This document shows positions 9,359 through 18,420 of a DNA stretch of 64,000 nt, piece after piece; the stretch's first letter is position 1, and each line of letters opens with the position of its first letter. Below the pieces are notes generated by a model. It had not been told where the DNA came from. It saw only the letters and a program-made list of their open reading frames with translations, and did no database searches. This DNA is from an uncultured delta proteobacterium (lineage in GTDB: Bacteria > Desulfobacterota > Binatia > Binatales > Binataceae): NCBI GenBank assembly GCA_963842085.1, contig CAWJET010000002.1, positions 864,001 through 928,000 on the forward strand, given 5' to 3'. A program made the translations under genes and the position numbers.

Positions 9359-10108
9359 TTGGAAAAACTGGGCGCAGCGATCCACCGACGTTTCGCACCG
9401 CATCGACACAGCGCCCTGCTCGGGGCGCTCATAGCTGCGTTCGCGGTGCGCCCACTGATCGGAGACACTGGAGCGGGTTTCCTCGTATTCGGCATTGCAT
9501 TGGTGGTCGTGTTACTGGTGGCCCTCTACAACATCAACGTCGATGAGTTGGTGGGTGAAAGAGGACGCCTGCTGGCCCAAGGCAGGCGGCGACGAATTTT
9601 GGGTTGGGTGCTCGCCTCGGCAGCCGGAGCAGAACGAATAGCAACCATCTTTGTGCAGACCCCGATGCTCAACCTGGCAGGCACTATCTGCTGGCTGTTA
9701 TTCGTAGCGTTTGTCACGGTCAGCGAGTTGCGCAGCGTTCTGAAGCAACGAGAGGTCACCGGGGAAACCATTTGCATGGCAGTTTCCGTCTACCTCTTGC
9801 TCGGTTTTTCCTGGGCTCTTCTGTACGCAATTATATTCGAGCGGCATCCGGAGTCCTTTGCCGGCATCGTGACCGCAAACCCCAGCCAGCCGACCGGGTT
9901 TCAACACTTTTTCCCGATTCTCGGCTACTTCAGCCTGACTACGCTGTCCACTATCGGCTTTGGCGACATTACGCCGCTGACTCTTCAAGCACGCTACGCA
10001 GCAGTCGCCGAAGGCATAACCGGTCAATTCTATCTGGCGATTCTGGTCGCGCGGCTGGTCGGACTGCAGATGACTAAATCAGCGAGTCAACGCGCGGAAA
10101 AACCATGA
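9359..10108 (+). CDS. Potassium channel family protein (Ion_trans_2)
   Basis: Several TM helices; pore signature YFSLTTLSTIGFGDITP; inner helix EGITGQFYLAILVARLV. Confidence 0.9.
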   Translation: MEKLGAAIHRRFAPHRHSALLGALIAAFAVRPLIGDTGAGFLVFGIALVVVLLVALYNINVDELVGERGRLLAQGRRRRILGWVLASAAGAERIATIFVQTPMLNLAGTICWLLFVAFVTVSELRSVLKQREVTGETICMAVSVYLLLGFSWALLYAIIFERHPESFAGIVTANPSQPTGFQHFFPILGYFSLTTLSTIGFGDITPLTLQARYAAVAEGITGQFYLAILVARLVGLQMTKSASQRAEKP

Positions 10109-10184
10109 TGTTCCAGCGAGCGAATCGACACGCACCGTCGCGGCGAAAGGATGAGCCAGGCGCGGCTTCAGAACTACCCCCAAG

Positions 10185-11273
10185 TCAGACTGGCGTGTTA
10201 TTCTCTGGGCTTACAGCCACAGACGCGGTCCACTGCTCTAAAAGGCTGTAGCCCAATGCTACCAGCGTCGGCCCAAGGAACATCCCGATAACACCGAACG
10301 CGAGTGCTCCACCGAGCACTCCTAGCATCACGAGAATCATCGGCGTCGAGCCGCCATGGCTGATGAGCAACGGCTTCACGACATTGTCCAGCATTCCGAC
10401 CATCACTCCCCATGTCATGATAAACACCGCCCACGCGGTCGAGCCTTGTCGATACAGCCAGAACGCAGCCGGCGCCGCGACGAGCGGCGGTCCGCCCGGG
10501 AGAAATGACAGCACAAAGGTGATGAACCCCAGGGACACGGAGCCAGGGACTCCGGCGACAGCGAAGCCAATCGCTGCGACCACGCCCTGGAGAAGCGCGG
10601 TTCCCAGAACGCCGTAAACGACCGCCCGAATCGTCGCACCCGCCAGAGCGAGAAGACGATCGCCTCTCTCCCCGGCGAGCCGATGAAGCGCGCCCTGGAG
10701 TTGATCGGCTGCGGCATGTCCATCGCGATAGAAAAAGAACGCGATCAGCAGGCTCAAAGCGATCTGGAAGCTACCCTCGGCCAGCCTGCTTCCGCCCCAC
10801 AAGACGACCGTCTTCGCCGCGGGCAGCAGCCTGGCCAATTCCCGGATTCTCACCGAACTGCTCTCGTTCAGGTAGTTCCAGTAGTCGGCGATATGGCTGC
10901 CGACCAGCGGGACGCTCGCGACCCAATCGGGCGGACTCGGCGGACCCTCCTGGATCAGTTTCTGGCTCGCCGAGATCAGCGCCGATACGTTGTCGGCCAG
11001 CGTAGCTCCCAGGATCGCAACCGGCACAACTATGATCGCGGCCAGGAACAGCGTGGCAAGCAACGCCGACAGTGTCCGTCGTCCGCCAAGCATCTTTTCA
11101 AGCCTGAGAAACAGCGGCCAGGTCGTGAAACAGAGAATCACGGCCCATAGCGCCGCGGATATAAATGGACGCAGGACCAGCAGGCATAAGAGTCCCAGCA
11201 TCACCACAGCCGTGCCGCCAATCCACAGCTCGACCTGGCTTCGCCCCGCGCGCTCGACCGGAGTATCAGCCAT
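10185..11273 (-). CDS. AI-2E family transporter (YdiK-like)
   Basis: Polytopic; FFFYRDG, DNVVKPLLI, GGALAFGVIGMFLGP motifs. Start ATG 11273 overlaps the upstream gene's end. Confidence 0.92.
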   Translation of the reverse strand: MADTPVERAGRSQVELWIGGTAVVMLGLLCLLVLRPFISAALWAVILCFTTWPLFLRLEKMLGGRRTLSALLATLFLAAIIVVPVAILGATLADNVSALISASQKLIQEGPPSPPDWVASVPLVGSHIADYWNYLNESSSVRIRELARLLPAAKTVVLWGGSRLAEGSFQIALSLLIAFFFYRDGHAAADQLQGALHRLAGERGDRLLALAGATIRAVVYGVLGTALLQGVVAAIGFAVAGVPGSVSLGFITFVLSFLPGGPPLVAAPAAFWLYRQGSTAWAVFIMTWGVMVGMLDNVVKPLLISHGGSTPMILVMLGVLGGALAFGVIGMFLGPTLVALGYSLLEQWTASVAVSPENNTPV

Positions 11274-13707
11274 GTGAACGCTCGCGTAGCTCTTGCAGCA
11301 TCTGGCGGACTTGCGGATTGTTCGGCTCGAGCTCGTCGAGGCGCTGCGCATAGATCAGCGCTTTGGCGGGCTCGCCGGACTGTTCCAGGAAGTTCACCAG
11401 CGCCGCCAGCGAGTCGCGGTCGTAAGGATGCACTTTGATGGACCTCTCCAGCGTCTCGATGGCGGCGCCAGTCTTGCCCGCGTCGTTCAACGCGACCGCA
11501 TACACGTAAACATAACGGGCATTGCCCGGATCGCTGCGCGCGGCGGCGCCGAGCAGCTCGAGCCCTTGCGCGCCGCGCTTCTGACGCACCATCAGCAGAC
11601 CGAGCGCATGCTCGAGCGACGCGTCGTCTGGCGAGCGCCTGATGGCGTCCTCGAGGACGCGTTCGCCCTCTTCGTCCCGGTTCTGTCCGCGATAAAGGTC
11701 CGCCAGGTTGACGGCCGCGGGCGCGAAACTCGAGTCGAGCGACAATGCGGTCTTGAGTTCCGCCTCAGCCTGGTCGAAGTGTTTCTCCCGGGCGTACAGC
11801 AATCCCAGATTCATATGCGCCTCGGGACGGTCCGCGTCCAATTCCTGCGCGCTGACGTACTCGTCGGTAGCGCGACTGAAGGCAGCGGCAACATCTGGGG
11901 GCAGTTCGTCCGCGGGCAACCCAACCAGCACTTCTGCCGCCTCGATCCGCGCGGCGCGGACAGGATCGCCCAGGAGCGGCGCCAGAATGGTTGCGCTGGC
12001 GGCTGGATCGGAGTTTGACATGGCGCGGGCGGCAGCGCGTCTCACCAGCGTCGAATCGTCGGCGACTCCGGCGCGAACCGCCGCATCAGTCGGAGGCGGA
12101 GCGTAGGCAGCGAGCATCGAGAGCGCAGTGGCGCGAGCGATTGCAGGCTGCTGACGGTCCGCGACCAATCGTTCGAGCGATTGAGCCGCGCCAGGTGCAC
12201 CGGCCGCTCCGCCATCCAGCGTCTCAGCGAATCGCTGAAACCCCTCAGGTGTGCGCCCGTACCACTTGTTCACGGCATCCAACGCCCACTGGGCCGACTT
12301 GTCCGTGTGGCAATTCGTGCACGCGTTGGGAGTGCCCAGCTTCACGGATAGATCGGGCCTCGGGATCCGGATGCTGTGGTCGCGACGCGGATCGACGACC
12401 ATGTATGTGCGCGTTGGCATGTGACACTCGACGCATCGCGCGCCCGCCGATCCCACTTTGTGGAAATGATGCCGCGGCGAATCGTACTTACCCGCCGAAT
12501 GGCACTGCATACAAACATCGTTGCCCTCGGCCCGAAGCCTGGAACTGTGTGGCTCGTGACAATCGCTGCAAGTCACACCTGCATGAAACATCCGGCTCTG
12601 GATGAAGGAGCCGTATTCGTAGTCCTCCGCCTTTATCTGCCCATCCGGGTAATAGAGGTCTTCATCCAGCAGCGCAACTCGATAATCGTCGCCCACCGGC
12701 TGGCCATGCACGCAGTCTTCGTGAATCTCGCCGCGCCGCGCGTGGCATCGCGCGCACATCTGGATCTCCCGCTCGGTGAGTCGCGGCGCGCTGCGACGCA
12801 CGTTGCCGCTGGCAGGGTCGATCGCCCAGGCGACGCCTTTCCGCTCGTCAAGCGCGATCGTCAAGCCTTCGTTGTCAAAGTTCTTCCCATCGCCCTGCTT
12901 ATTCGCCCACGCCACGTGATTGGAGCCGGGACCGTGGCAAGCTTCGCACGCAACATTAATCTCGGCATAGGCGGTGGCGAAGGTACGCGTCCGCAGGTCG
13001 TAGTTCTTGCGCACGTTGGTCGAATGGCAATCGGCACACATGTAGTTCCAGTTCTGATCGATGCCGGTCCAATGCCTCGAGTCCCGCGCCGCGATCTTCT
13101 GGCCCGGATAGAGAAAGAACCATCGCTGGCCGCCGCGTTCGCGTGGCCGGGTGTCCCAGGCGATGCCGAATGCCTGCAGGCGTCCGCCGGGCATCGCGAT
13201 GAGATACTGCTGCAGCGGATACACGCCGAACGTGTATTCGATTTCGTAGTCATGAAGCGCGCCGTCGGGACCGTCGGTGCGGACCATGAACTTCGAGCCA
13301 TTGCGAAAGAAACTCGACGTGACGCCATTGTTGTCGAAACCCGCGTGGTTGAAATCGCCCAGGACCGTGGAAACTGCTGCCGTTTGCATGGCCAGTTGAT
13401 GATGCGAGCCGCGCCAGAGGACGGCTTCGCGCTCGTGACAGGTCGCGCACTGCGCGGCGCCGACGAATTTCGCGCCGACCAACGGGGATGTCGTCATTGG
13501 AACCACGGCACGCGCCGTTTCGCGGTTCCGTAGCGCCAGGAGGACTAAGGCAATCACGGACAGGGCAAGTATCGGCAGCAGCCAGGCAAAAGATGTGAGC
13601 CCGCGACGCGACTTTGGCAACGCCGCGGACGGCTGCGCTCGCGCCACGGTCCTTTCGGTTCCAGCAGTGTTAGCCCGCTTGTTCCGGTCCTTTTTCTTCC
13701 TGCTCAA
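11266..13707 (-). CDS. Membrane-anchored octaheme c-type cytochrome with HEAT and TPR repeats
   Basis: N-terminal TM; 8 CxxCH motifs (CATCH, CADCH, CEACH, CARCH, CSDCH, CMQCH, CVECH, CTNCH); C-terminal helical repeats. Confidence 0.9.
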   Translation of the reverse strand: MSRKKKDRNKRANTAGTERTVARAQPSAALPKSRRGLTSFAWLLPILALSVIALVLLALRNRETARAVVPMTTSPLVGAKFVGAAQCATCHEREAVLWRGSHHQLAMQTAAVSTVLGDFNHAGFDNNGVTSSFFRNGSKFMVRTDGPDGALHDYEIEYTFGVYPLQQYLIAMPGGRLQAFGIAWDTRPRERGGQRWFFLYPGQKIAARDSRHWTGIDQNWNYMCADCHSTNVRKNYDLRTRTFATAYAEINVACEACHGPGSNHVAWANKQGDGKNFDNEGLTIALDERKGVAWAIDPASGNVRRSAPRLTEREIQMCARCHARRGEIHEDCVHGQPVGDDYRVALLDEDLYYPDGQIKAEDYEYGSFIQSRMFHAGVTCSDCHEPHSSRLRAEGNDVCMQCHSAGKYDSPRHHFHKVGSAGARCVECHMPTRTYMVVDPRRDHSIRIPRPDLSVKLGTPNACTNCHTDKSAQWALDAVNKWYGRTPEGFQRFAETLDGGAAGAPGAAQSLERLVADRQQPAIARATALSMLAAYAPPPTDAAVRAGVADDSTLVRRAAARAMSNSDPAASATILAPLLGDPVRAARIEAAEVLVGLPADELPPDVAAAFSRATDEYVSAQELDADRPEAHMNLGLLYAREKHFDQAEAELKTALSLDSSFAPAAVNLADLYRGQNRDEEGERVLEDAIRRSPDDASLEHALGLLMVRQKRGAQGLELLGAAARSDPGNARYVYVYAVALNDAGKTGAAIETLERSIKVHPYDRDSLAALVNFLEQSGEPAKALIYAQRLDELEPNNPQVRQMLQELRERSHG

Positions 13708-13800
13708 CGATCAACTCTTGAAAAACGAGCCTCGGGCGCCTCTGGCCGGGCGCTTCGTGACGAACAAGCTTACGATCTGCTTGGAACCAGGTTCATGTCA

Positions 13801-13820
13801 TATGCGACCAAAGTCCAATT
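13801..13820. promoter_or_regulatory. Degenerate operator copy 3, TATGCGAC-CAAA-GTCCAATT
   Basis: 15/20 match to copy 1; lies between the divergent cytochrome and response regulator genes. Confidence 0.45.
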
Positions 13821-13886
13821 GCCCGACTCCCTCTGCGGTTCGTACTATTCCCCCAAGTGTCGCGGCGAAAAGATCGGGAGGGAAGA

Positions 13887-14579
13887 ATGGTGCCGACTGC
13901 CAAGATCAGCGTTGGACCTCAAAATGGCACCGCGAAGGAAGCCCTGAATATCAAACCAGATGCGACAATCGGACGCATCAGGGTCGCAATAATCGAAGAT
14001 GACGAGCGCGTGCGGCACGCACTCGCCTTTCAGCTCAGCACGGCCGGCTTCGAGGTCGCTGCTTACTCTTCCGCGGAAGAACTTCTCGACGAGGTTGATG
14101 CGAAGGATTGCGATTGCATCGTGGCCGACATTTACCTGCCGAGAATGAACGGGCTTCAGCTTCAGGAGGAACTCAGTCGCACCGTTCCTTACGCGTCGAT
14201 AGTTTTCATCACCGGTCATGGCGATCTTTCACTCGGAATGCAGGCGATGAGGAAAGGCGCCGTGGATTTCCTCGAAAAGCCGGTTGACGATCAAGCTCTG
14301 CTGAGCTCGATAGCGCGCGGCGCCCATCTTTCGCGCCGACTGCGCGCCGAACAATTGCAGCGGATCGAACTTGAAGAACTCCAGCGCTCGCTGACCCCCC
14401 GCGAACGCGAAGTCTTCGGCCTGATAACCACCGGTTTGCTCAACAAGCAAGTCGCCAGCGAATTGGGAACAACCGAACGGACCGTCAAAGCTCATCGCGC
14501 AAGTGTGATGAGCAAAATGGGCGCCGGCTCACTCGCCGACCTGGTGCGCATGTCTGGCATCCTCCACATTCACGCCTAA
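13887..14579 (+). CDS. FixJ/NodW-like response regulator (REC + LuxR HTH)
   Basis: IIEDD, ADIYLP, FITGHG, FLEKP; LTPREREV, GLLNKQVA, ERTVKAHR. Confidence 0.93.
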   Translation: MVPTAKISVGPQNGTAKEALNIKPDATIGRIRVAIIEDDERVRHALAFQLSTAGFEVAAYSSAEELLDEVDAKDCDCIVADIYLPRMNGLQLQEELSRTVPYASIVFITGHGDLSLGMQAMRKGAVDFLEKPVDDQALLSSIARGAHLSRRLRAEQLQRIELEELQRSLTPREREVFGLITTGLLNKQVASELGTTERTVKAHRASVMSKMGAGSLADLVRMSGILHIHA

Positions 14580-14653
14580 GTAAAATGACGGATTTGGCGC
14601 ACCTCGCCGTTCTCGCCGTGCCTCTGAGCACTTCGCGCAATTGACGGTCAGCG

Positions 14654-16000
14654 CTATGCGCGCCTCAATGCTCTGACTCGATTTCTTTCGGCAACCGGGA
14701 GTGTGAAGCTGAACGTCGCGCCGCGGTCGGGATTCGGCGTCGCCCAGATTCTGCCGCCGTGACTCTCTACTATCGATCGGGTCACGAGCAGACCCAGTCC
14801 CATGCCGTCGCTCTTGGTCGTAATAAATGGCTCGAACAGCCGGTTCGCGACGGCAGGGTCAATCCCTCCACCGCTGTCGCATACGCTCAGGGCGACCCAT
14901 CCGGTCTTCTCGGGGGCGACCTTGATGGTTACGTCGCGGCGGTCAGACTTGGCCTCGGCGATCGCGTCGAAGGCGTTCATGACCAGATTCAGCACGCACT
15001 GCTGCAACTGGATAGCGTCGCCGATGACGCGCTGCCCCGATGGCGAAACCTCGATCTGCACCGAGATCTTCCGGACTGCGGCCTCTCCGGCAACCAGCTT
15101 CACTACTTCGCCGACCATCGCGCCGATCGCGATTGCGGTTTTGTGCTCCACGTGGTTCTTGAACATGAAGCGAATCCGCCGAACGAGCTCAGCCGTTCGT
15201 TTGGTGTCTTCAATCGCACTCTTGACCGCCTCCAAGGCCATGGCGGGCTCTGGATTTCCCCGGGACAGCAGCCGCGCGACACCTCCGAGGTTGCTCAAAA
15301 TCGCGCCGAGCGGCTGGTTGATTTCGTGCGAAAGCGAGGCCACCAGTTCGCTCATCAGGTTGCGGCGCGTGGCCGTCCTGAGTTCAGCGCGAGCCGCTTG
15401 GATTGTCACTACTGACTGCTTGCGCTCGATCGCGCTTCCAAAGAGTCGTACCGCGAGGGCCAGGCGATCGAGCAGCTCGGGCGGCCATTGCCGGGCCGAA
15501 CGGAACTTGCCGAAACTCGCTGCTCCAATGACTCGGCCGCCAGCCCACATCGGGATCACCGCCGACGCCTTGGGCCCATACCGTTCTACAAAACGCCTTG
15601 CATCCTCCAGTTCAGCCGGAATTTCACTTGGCCGCGAGAACGTAATCGGATTGCCGGCCATGACCCATTCGATGGTGGCCTGGAAGACCTTCTCCGGATC
15701 GTAGCTCCGCGGAAAGGGCGGGAAATCCGCTCGACGCCAGGTATGTGTCGTACGCACGGGCCCGCCAGGCTCATCACGCTCGTAGATTCCGCTTCTATCG
15801 AGATCCAGCGCATGACAGATCTTGCCCAGCCAGGATTCGATTTCGCGGTCGACTGCGTCAGCCGGCACGCGCGCCATCGCCGCCGATAGTTCGCCCACCA
15901 GTGATTCGAAGCGCTGAACCTCTTTCCGTTCGCGGCCGACGCGCGCGGTCCTGCCAGGTTTCGGCTCGATAGTGGCAGTGGTCGCTCGTCGTTGCATCAA
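14654..16000 (-). CDS. Cytoplasmic GAF-domain sensor histidine kinase
   Basis: No TM; GAF-like N-terminus; H-box SHEINQPL; N-box NLVMNAFDA; G-boxes DSGGG and GMGLGL. Confidence 0.92.
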   Translation of the reverse strand: MMQRRATTATIEPKPGRTARVGRERKEVQRFESLVGELSAAMARVPADAVDREIESWLGKICHALDLDRSGIYERDEPGGPVRTTHTWRRADFPPFPRSYDPEKVFQATIEWVMAGNPITFSRPSEIPAELEDARRFVERYGPKASAVIPMWAGGRVIGAASFGKFRSARQWPPELLDRLALAVRLFGSAIERKQSVVTIQAARAELRTATRRNLMSELVASLSHEINQPLGAILSNLGGVARLLSRGNPEPAMALEAVKSAIEDTKRTAELVRRIRFMFKNHVEHKTAIAIGAMVGEVVKLVAGEAAVRKISVQIEVSPSGQRVIGDAIQLQQCVLNLVMNAFDAIAEAKSDRRDVTIKVAPEKTGWVALSVCDSGGGIDPAVANRLFEPFITTKSDGMGLGLLVTRSIVESHGGRIWATPNPDRGATFSFTLPVAERNRVRALRRA

Positions 16001-16199
16001 GGTAGAGTGGCGTCGGGGTCAAATACCGGGGCTGGAGGAGCGGTACCCGGAATGCGGGACGAAATCTGATCCCTTCGCTGCGCACCTTAACAAGAATAGA
16101 AAGTTGCATCAAAGGGGATCGTCGCGAACAAACAGATGGCAGCAAACTGGATCGTCGCGAAGATTTAACGAAAGAATCGCGGGAGCGCCTTGACAGCGC

Positions 16200-16592
16200 C
16201 TAGTGAGGCGAATTTACGGGGGTCCGCAACGCCTTGCGAATCGCTCGTAGCAAGTCTTTTTCATCGAAAGGCTTCAGCAAGCTCGCAATCGGGTGCGCCT
16301 CGCGCATCATTTTCCTGGTCTGCGGATCGTCGCGGCCGCTTATCAAGATCGTCGGCAGGCACCGTCCTGACGCAGTCATTTCCCGGCATAGTTCAAAGCC
16401 GGTCATTCCCGGCATGTAAACGTCCAGCAGCAGGCACGCGCTGCCAGTCGGGACCTCGCTCGTCAGGAATTCCTCCGCGTTCTGAAAGTCCAAAACGTCG
16501 AATCCCAAAATCCGCAGTTGCCTTCGCAGCGCCCCACGGATGGACGCGTCGTCATCTACCACAATCACTGTCGCCGCCGATTTGTTTCCCAA
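16200..16592 (-). CDS. Single-domain response regulator
   Basis: VVDDD, LLDVYMP, ISG, LKPF; no output domain. Confidence 0.9.
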   Translation of the reverse strand: MGNKSAATVIVVDDDASIRGALRRQLRILGFDVLDFQNAEEFLTSEVPTGSACLLLDVYMPGMTGFELCREMTASGRCLPTILISGRDDPQTRKMMREAHPIASLLKPFDEKDLLRAIRKALRTPVNSPH

Positions 16593-16682
16593 CTGACAAT
16601 ACCAAGTCCGCGGAAGAATAGTCGGCCATCATCCGCGTCGTTTCCTGCCACAACATTGTGAATCGTGCGGAGACCACTGCGC

Positions 16683-16702
16683 TATTGTACCAAAGTACAA
16701 TA
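16683..16702. promoter_or_regulatory. Palindromic operator copy 4, TATTGTAC-CAAA-GTACAATA
   Basis: Identical to copy 1; the following 25 bp also match copy 1 at 17/25 without gaps. Confidence 0.8.
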
Positions 16703-16878
16703 TCGCTCCCCGGAAAAATCGACGAATCTTTCGCGAGAACTCGCGAGATAAAAGCGCCGACTCGTCATCGCGGGCATCGAGTTGTTCGGACACGCTGGAG
16801 CCTGGTGCCGATAGCCGGAAACAGCGGTGCGCGCGATTCAAGAAGCAGCATCGAGAAGAAGCAACTCGAGGAGAAAAA

Positions 16879-18243
16879 ATGAATCTCAACCCTGGAAACA
16901 TGAAGCACGCGACCGGTTTGGTGTCCGTTCTGCTCGCAGGACTTTTGCTGGCCGGTTGCTCCCAAACCGCGCCGCCCGAACCAACCCAGACCGCACAGGC
17001 ACCGAGCCAACAGGCAGCGCCGCCTCCGCAGATGACTAGTGTCCAGCCGCCTCAAGCCGCCGCACCGGGAGGCCAGTACGAGGCACCGCCCGTCATAAAC
17101 GTGGCCGACCTTATGCCGGCGAGTGCGCTGTCGGGGCCGGGATTTTCGGTTCAGCCGCAAGTACCGACTAACGGCGCGATGGGCCAATACACGATCGTCG
17201 CCGACGCCAGCGTATTTCGCGGCGACGCCGGCACCTACTACATCGAAAGCCTCGACATGTTGAATATACGCCTCTCCGAGATACCCGCGATCGCACAGTT
17301 GGAGAACATAAGTGAGACTGGCGTGTTCGCCAAGGCCCTGGCCTCGAGCGCAGAACGTCCGGTTACGGATGCCGCAAATATGGTTATCCATCCGATGGAT
17401 ACTGTCACGGGGCTGCCCAGCGGAGTCGGGGAATTTTTCGGCCGGGTCAGTCTCGGCGCTGGAGAAATAGCTTCGTCGGCCACCAGTTCCTTCGGCAGCG
17501 GGCAAGCCGCCGGTGAGACGGCCAACGCCACGCTCACGGCTTTGGGCTATGAGCAGGTCCGTCGCGACCTGGCAAAAAAGTTACACGTCGATCCCTATTC
17601 TTCCGATCCTATTCTCACGAAGAAGCTGAATCATGTCGCCTGGGTCATGTTCTCCGCGCGCATGACGGTCGACGCGGCCATGATGGCGGTGCCCGGCTCC
17701 ATGATCATTACGAGCGTGGAGTTCACCGACGATCTGGTTTATCAGACTCCGAAAGCAGACCTTATCCTTCTAGTTCAGAAGAAGCTTAAGAACATAGGAC
17801 TCTCGCAGGAAGAGATCGCCGCCTTCACCAGTAATACCGCGATCCCGTTGAGCCTACAGGTTACCGCGGTCAAAAATCTCGAAGCTCTCGGCGACATTCC
17901 GGGGCGTCACGCGGCTGCGGTCGCGCTCGGCAACGTGATGACGGAGTACCAGGCGCGTTTCCTCGTTACTTCGCTGCACATGCTCGGTCAATGGAGCCAG
18001 CAGAGGAGTCCTATCACCCGAATCCAGGTCGCCGGCGCTCTGATCGCGCGCGATCAGAACGGCACCGCGATTATGGCCGCCGCGGTCGATTACCTGTCGT
18101 GGACGTCGCGGATTGCCGGTTTTGCGACCGATCCACAGTTGATGGCCGTGCCGAATCGCGTTCTTTGGATCACCGGCAAAATGACGCCGCTGGCGCGCCA
18201 GCAACTGGCGGCTAATGGCTGGTCGGTGCGCGAGGGCGAGTAA
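16879..18243 (+). CDS. Hypothetical lipoprotein
   Basis: Lipobox LLAGC; Pro/Gln linker followed by a globular region; RBS GAGGAG. Confidence 0.8.
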   Translation: MNLNPGNMKHATGLVSVLLAGLLLAGCSQTAPPEPTQTAQAPSQQAAPPPQMTSVQPPQAAAPGGQYEAPPVINVADLMPASALSGPGFSVQPQVPTNGAMGQYTIVADASVFRGDAGTYYIESLDMLNIRLSEIPAIAQLENISETGVFAKALASSAERPVTDAANMVIHPMDTVTGLPSGVGEFFGRVSLGAGEIASSATSSFGSGQAAGETANATLTALGYEQVRRDLAKKLHVDPYSSDPILTKKLNHVAWVMFSARMTVDAAMMAVPGSMIITSVEFTDDLVYQTPKADLILLVQKKLKNIGLSQEEIAAFTSNTAIPLSLQVTAVKNLEALGDIPGRHAAAVALGNVMTEYQARFLVTSLHMLGQWSQQRSPITRIQVAGALIARDQNGTAIMAAAVDYLSWTSRIAGFATDPQLMAVPNRVLWITGKMTPLARQQLAANGWSVREGE

Positions 18244-18420
18244 TCACAGCAGCGCGCAGCCCTTACAATCGAGGAGAAAATGGAGCGATGCGAACGCGAT
18301 GGACTACTGGGCGTTTAATGGATCAGCGCCTGGCATCGTGTGGCATTCAACCGTGAGCGCGGCAGCGGCCTCCAATTAATTAAGAAGAGACCAAAGAGCC
18401 AATACAAGAGGAACATTCTT

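Noticed and set aside
18385-18405. Possible fifth operator copy (GAGAC-CAAA-GAGCCAATA) before sulfatase 2
   Set aside because: It needs a gap and is not palindromic; too weak without a PWM.
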